Assembly (NCBI GenBank): GCA_965208365.1
Contig: OZ242330.1
Span: 3,431,031-3,495,030 of the forward strand
Direction of reading: 5' to 3'
Length of the DNA stretch: 64,000 nt
From: Caldilineaceae bacterium
Lineage (GTDB): Bacteria; Chloroflexota; Anaerolineae; Caldilineales; Caldilineaceae
Under the pieces are notes generated by a model. The model was not told where the DNA came from and did not search any database. It worked only from the letters and a program-made list of their open reading frames with translations. Shown one piece after another: positions 59,847 through 64,000 of the stretch (its first letter is position 1; every line of letters starts with the position of its first letter). The translations under genes and the position numbers were made by a program.

Positions 59847-60638
59847 ATGGATCTGAACCTCAAGGGCCGGGCCGCGGCTGTGGCGGCCGCCAGTGCCGGA
59901 TTGGGCTTCGCGTCAGCTTTGACCTTGGCGCAGGAAGGCTGCCGCGTCGCCATCTGCGCCCGCAACGAAGACCGCCTGCAGGCTGCTGCGGATCGGATAC
60001 GGGAGGAGACCGGTTCCGAGGTACTGGCCTTGGTGGCGGACATGTCCGACGCGGAGGCTCCCGGCGCCTTCATCGAGGCCACCGCCGATCGGTTCGGCGG
60101 CCTCGATATTGTGGTGGCCAACGCCGGGGGGCCGCCCAGCGGGGAGTTCGCGGACAAGACCGACACCGAGTGGGCCTTGGCGCTGCAACTGAACCTCATG
60201 AGTGCCGTCAGACTCTTCCGGTCCGCCCTGCCGCATGTCACCGCCAGTGATCAGGGCCGCTTGGTGGCCATCACCAGCGTTAGCGCCAAGCACCCGATGG
60301 AAAGCATGGTGTTGAGCAATGCCACGCGTACCGGAGTTCACGGCGTGATCAAGACCCTGAGCATGGAACTTGCTGCAACCGGCACGACCGTGAATGCCGT
60401 GTGCCCGGGTGTGACCAAGACGGATCGGCTTGATGAATTGGCCCAACAGGCTGCCGACCAGAAAGGCATCACCGTGGAGGAGGCGTTTGCCGAACGGGCA
60501 GCCACGGTACCGCTGGGACGCCTCGGGGATCCCATGGAGTTTGGCGCGGCGGTCACATTTTTGTGCAGTAGGCAGGCAGGCTTCATCACCGGCATCGGTT
60601 TGGCCGCGGACGGAGGCTTTATGGGAGCCCTTCCCTAA
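59847..60638 (+). CDS. Short-chain dehydrogenase/reductase (FabG-like)
   Basis: AAAVAAASAGLGFASAL (TGxxxGxG variant), NAGG, a catalytic-region S...Y/K context, and VNAVCPGVTKTD. ATG at 59847 with GAGGAG upstream. Confidence 0.8.
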   Translation: MDLNLKGRAAAVAAASAGLGFASALTLAQEGCRVAICARNEDRLQAAADRIREETGSEVLALVADMSDAEAPGAFIEATADRFGGLDIVVANAGGPPSGEFADKTDTEWALALQLNLMSAVRLFRSALPHVTASDQGRLVAITSVSAKHPMESMVLSNATRTGVHGVIKTLSMELAATGTTVNAVCPGVTKTDRLDELAQQAADQKGITVEEAFAERAATVPLGRLGDPMEFGAAVTFLCSRQAGFITGIGLAADGGFMGALP

Positions 60639-60750
60639 TTCGAATTCGGTGTCCTGCCCCCTCCCGAGTCTCCGCGGGTCGGCCGCGTTGACCACGGGGC
60701 AGGTGGATTGATCATTTGATGGCGATGCGGTTCCCGGATGGACGGCTACG

Positions 60751-62439
60751 ATGAAGGAAAGGGTCCTGTCGTTCAACCAAGTGACGGCGGCCTACTTTGA
60801 CGAACCCGTCCTGGAGGACGTGACTCTGGCTGTTTACAGCCAGGAGACTGTCGGCGTCGTGGGACGCAATGGTTCGGGCAAGAGCACGTTGCTCAAGTGC
60901 CTTACGGGGATTCACGGCGTCGATGCCGGCAGCATGGTCCGCGACCGTTCGGTCCGGTTCGGCTATCTGCCGCAGGAGGCCGAACTGCCTCGGTCCGCGA
61001 CCGTGTTGGAGGCGATGCAGGGAGCCCTCCCGGAATTGGACCGGGTTGAGGCGGAACTCCAAGAGGTCGAGGCCAGCATGGGACTGGAGGAGGTGTACGG
61101 GGATCCGGCCAGATTGGAGGCGGCCATCGCTCGCCAGGCCTCACTGGTTGCCCGGTATACCGAACTGGGCGGTCCCAGTTTCCAACGGACCATCGAAGCG
61201 ACCCTGAGGCAGGTCGGCTTGGCGGAGGACAGCTTCGGCCTGCGGGTCTCCGACCTAAGCGGGGGGCAAAAGAAGCTGTTGGCCCTGGCGCGCATCCTGG
61301 TCGGACGGCCCGATTTCCTGGTGCTGGATGAACCCGACAATCATCTCGACCTGCGCGGCAAGCAGTTGCTGGAACGGATTATCGGTGCCTTCGGCGGTGG
61401 CGTGGCGATTGTGTCCCACGATCGCTACCTGCTGGACCTGATCGTCGATTCCATCATTGAACTGGAACGACGCAAGGTATTCGCGTGGCCGGGCAACTAT
61501 TCGGAGTACGTGATCCAGAAGGAGGTTGCGGTTGCCAGTCAGGCCCGTCACTACCAGGCACAACAAAAGGAAATCAAACGGCTGGAGGAGTCGGCCAAGC
61601 GCCTTTTGACCTGGGGCGCCGTCTTCGACAATCCCAAGTTCATCACCCGCGGCAAGAGTATTCTCAAGCGCATCGACCGTATTGACCGCATCGATGCACC
61701 GGTCACCGACTCCGAAACCATGGACCTGACCCTGCAATACCGGAGGGGGAGCGAGAAGGTCTTGGAGTTGACTAACGTCTCCTTCACCTTTCCTGATACG
61801 GGTGTCCGGCTGTTCGACCGCGCGGATCTTCTGGTCTGGAAGGGCGAACGGGTGGCGATCGTGGGCCCCAACGGCGCGGGCAAGTCCCTGTTGCTCAACT
61901 TGATCCGCGGCCAACTACAACCCACCGGTGGCACGATAAAGCTGGGTCCCAGCCTGAAGCTGGGTTTCTATGACCAGGAACACGGCAACCTCGACTACCG
62001 GCTGAACCTGGTTGACACGGTGCGCCGCGACCACTCCATGACTGAGGCCACCGCCGTGTCTTTCCTACGGAAATTCCAGTTTGGCTACCGCCAGTGCCTG
62101 GATCCCGTGGGGGCGTTGTCGGGCGGCGAGCGGAGCCGGTTGCAGATGGCCCTGATGATGCTTCAGCAACCCAACTTCCTGATCCTGGACGAACCGACCA
62201 ACAATCTGGATATCCAGTCGGCCGAAATCTTGGAGGAGGTCCTGTTGGGATTCGGCGGTGCCATCCTGATGGTGTCGCACGACCGCTACTTCCTGGATCG
62301 CCTGGCAGACCGGGTTGTGGTCCTGCAGAACGGTGTCCTGAGGGAATTCCCAGGCACGTTCGGCGACTACCTCACCAATCTGGCAGGAAGCCGGAAACGA
62401 AACCCCGGTCCGCGCCAGCAGCCGGTCAGAACATCCTGA
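60751..62439 (+). CDS. ABC-F family ATPase (two tandem ABC domains, no TM domain)
   Basis: GRNGSGKST ... LSGGQKKLLALA ... LVLDEPDNHLD, then GPNGAGKSLL ... LSGGERSRLQMA ... LILDEPTNNLD, with a linker between the two domains. Confidence 0.9.
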   Translation: MKERVLSFNQVTAAYFDEPVLEDVTLAVYSQETVGVVGRNGSGKSTLLKCLTGIHGVDAGSMVRDRSVRFGYLPQEAELPRSATVLEAMQGALPELDRVEAELQEVEASMGLEEVYGDPARLEAAIARQASLVARYTELGGPSFQRTIEATLRQVGLAEDSFGLRVSDLSGGQKKLLALARILVGRPDFLVLDEPDNHLDLRGKQLLERIIGAFGGGVAIVSHDRYLLDLIVDSIIELERRKVFAWPGNYSEYVIQKEVAVASQARHYQAQQKEIKRLEESAKRLLTWGAVFDNPKFITRGKSILKRIDRIDRIDAPVTDSETMDLTLQYRRGSEKVLELTNVSFTFPDTGVRLFDRADLLVWKGERVAIVGPNGAGKSLLLNLIRGQLQPTGGTIKLGPSLKLGFYDQEHGNLDYRLNLVDTVRRDHSMTEATAVSFLRKFQFGYRQCLDPVGALSGGERSRLQMALMMLQQPNFLILDEPTNNLDIQSAEILEEVLLGFGGAILMVSHDRYFLDRLADRVVVLQNGVLREFPGTFGDYLTNLAGSRKRNPGPRQQPVRTS

Positions 62440-62478
62440 CCAGGGCACCCAACGAGTCCGTTAGAGGGTGTCGGAAAA

Positions 62479-63141
62479 TTAATTTTGTGCTAGGTGACGC
62501 AGCGTGAGGCCAGTCATGGCAGCATGGATCCAGGCTATGGCGGCTTCCAGAAGTACTTCGTAGTTCTTGCTCAGGTGCCGGTGCCGTCCCAGCCAGGCAA
62601 AGGTGCGGTCCACGGCCCAGCGCCGGGGCAGGAGCTGGAAGTCGGTGCCGGGTTCCGGGGGACGGACGATTTCCAGGTTCCAGGGCAGGGTTGCCTGCAC
62701 CCGGTCCCCGGGTATGGGGCCGGCGTAGCCGGCATCCTCCCAGACGACCTGCAGCCGCGTCAGAGCCAGCAGCAGGCTCTGGGTGTCCACGGCCAGGTGG
62801 CGCTTGCGTCCTTTCACCTCCTTGTCCGCACCGTAGCCACGGGGCCCCCTTTTTCCGTCGTTTCCACTGATTAGCTGTCGAGGATCGCTGTCCAGGGACT
62901 GGACTGGTGCCCCCGGGCGCGGCCGGACTTGGGGCAGCATCCGCCAGGCACAGCCGGTGCTCAGCACATGGCGGATGCCGAACGCCGTGGCGGGCGGAGT
63001 GCGGGACTTGGCAGCTGGGTTGATTGGGCGCGACCCTTGGTCATCGAACAGCGATGGCAAGACATGCACAGGTAGTCGGTCCAGGGCCCTGGCAGGGTAA
63101 TCCAAGGGTCGATTGGCGTGATTGTGCTCCCTTCCGGACAT
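62479..63141 (-). pseudogene. IS5-family (DDE_Tnp_1) transposase relic with internal deletions
   Basis: HVLSTGCAWRMLP ... GYGADKEVKGRKRHLAVDTQSLLLAL|TRLQVVWEDAGYAG ... FQLLPRRWAVDRTFAWLGRHRHLSKNYE. The order of conserved blocks matches IS5-family transposases. The segments between the wHTH block and GRKRH, and between VDT and WxDxGY, are much shorter than normal. The usual ...VERTF... Glu is Asp here. No convincing inverted repeats were found. Confidence 0.65.
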
Positions 63142-63274
63142 CGCGGAAAGCCTTTGGGATCCCAGTGCATCAATTGCTAGATGGCATCGAATCTTAGTTA
63201 TAATCCCCAATATTTGTTGGAGGTTCTGGATGTAGCGCGGGGGCGAGCGGTTTGACGGTGCGGGAGGCCTTATC

Positions 63275-64000
63275 TTGCCTCTACTAACAGTCGAAGAACT
63301 TTCGATCCAGTTCGGGGGTATCTTGGCGTTGGACGGGGTCGGTTTCTCTGTGAACGAAGCGGAGATTGTGTCGATCATCGGTCCCAACGGCGCGGGGAAG
63401 ACGACGGTGTTCAACTGCCTCACCCGCGTTTACGATCCCATGAAGGGTTCCATTCGGTTCATGGGCCGGGATCTGCTCAAAATGCGGCCACACCAGGTTG
63501 TTGCCAACGGCGTGGCGCGCACCTTTCAGAATTTGGAACTGTTTTCCTCGATGTCCGTGTTGGATAACCTGCTGGTGGGTCAACACTCGAAAATACGGTA
63601 CAGTGCTCTGGATGCGTTTTTCCGCCTTCCCAGGCAAATGCGCGAGGAGCAGAAGGCTCGTTCGCGGGCAGAAGACACTTTGGAGCTGATGGAGCTGACG
63701 CAGGTCCGGGACATAGCCGTTCACGCACTGTCTTACGACTTAAAAAAGCGTGTGGAGATAGCCAGGGCCCTGGTTTCCCGGCCCAAGCTGGCCCTGCTCG
63801 ACGAGCCTGCGGGCGGCCTGACCCACGAACAAGTGGACTCCATAGCCCGCATTGTCCGGGGAATCCGAGACGAGTTGGGAGTTGCGGTATTGCTGGTGGA
63901 GCACCGCATGGGATTGGTGATGGACATCTCCGACAGGGTGTGCGTACTCGATTTCGGTAGAAAGATTGCCGACGGGACGCCGACCGAAGTGCGTCGTGAT
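63275..64000 (+). CDS. livG: Branched-chain amino acid ABC transporter ATP-binding protein (LivG-like), 3' end outside the window
   Basis: My own translation from TTG at 63275 (GGGAGG 7 nt upstream): (M)PLLTVEELSIQFGGILALDGVGFSVNEAEIVSIIGPNGAGKTTVFNCLTRVYDP...FQNLELFSSMSVLDNL...LSYDLKKRVEIARAL...LALLDEPAGGL. It is absent from the ORF track because no stop lies in the window. Confidence 0.85.
   Translation, partial: MPLLTVEELSIQFGGILALDGVGFSVNEAEIVSIIGPNGAGKTTVFNCLTRVYDPMKGSIRFMGRDLLKMRPHQVVANGVARTFQNLELFSSMSVLDNLLVGQHSKIRYSALDAFFRLPRQMREEQKARSRAEDTLELMELTQVRDIAVHALSYDLKKRVEIARALVSRPKLALLDEPAGGLTHEQVDSIARIVRGIRDELGVAVLLVEHRMGLVMDISDRVCVLDFGRKIADGTPTEVRRD

Overview
High-GC, densely coding bacterial chromosomal segment. 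No rRNA or tRNA genes were found by eye. Most of it is housekeeping and carbohydrate metabolism: thrC, trmB, a glgC/glgD-like pair, gnd, a lactonase, fabI, tyrS, lexA, a GH2 beta-glucuronidase / sugar-isomerase / oxidoreductase / xylA cluster, two half-ABC exporters, acpP, type-2 IDI plus a polyprenyl synthase, a two-subunit pyruvate:ferredoxin oxidoreductase, tandem CNNM proteins, a CCA-adding-type enzyme, an ABC-F ATPase and partial livG.

The stand-out accessory region is a complete CRISPR-Cas island at about 11.3-21.8 kb. A decayed IS110-type transposase relic and an AT-richer stretch come first. Seven cas genes follow: csb1/cas7u, csb2/cas5-6u, cas3 with a C-terminal HD domain, a 297-aa protein in the large-subunit position, cas4, cas1 and cas2. 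Six of the seven are joined by overlapping stop/start codons. Next come a 130-nt leader and a 14-repeat array (37-bp repeat, 13 spacers) whose distal repeats progressively decay.

The locus resembles type I-G (formerly I-U), but differs in gene order, has unfused Cas4 and Cas1, and has a roughly half-size large-subunit candidate. Repeat-like relics also lie just upstream of the first effector gene.

Other items worth a second look:
- an uncharacterised two-gene operon (3.9-6.0 kb)
- a 1039-aa GH-like + 5x SH3b-like + M23 peptidase protein beside an orphan PP2C phosphatase and a mini P-loop protein
- a perfect 11-bp inverted repeat at a promoter-like site upstream of the sugar operon
- a decayed IS5-family transposase abutting livG

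All functional calls come from motif recognition in the supplied translations and my own reading of the DNA. No database search was possible.
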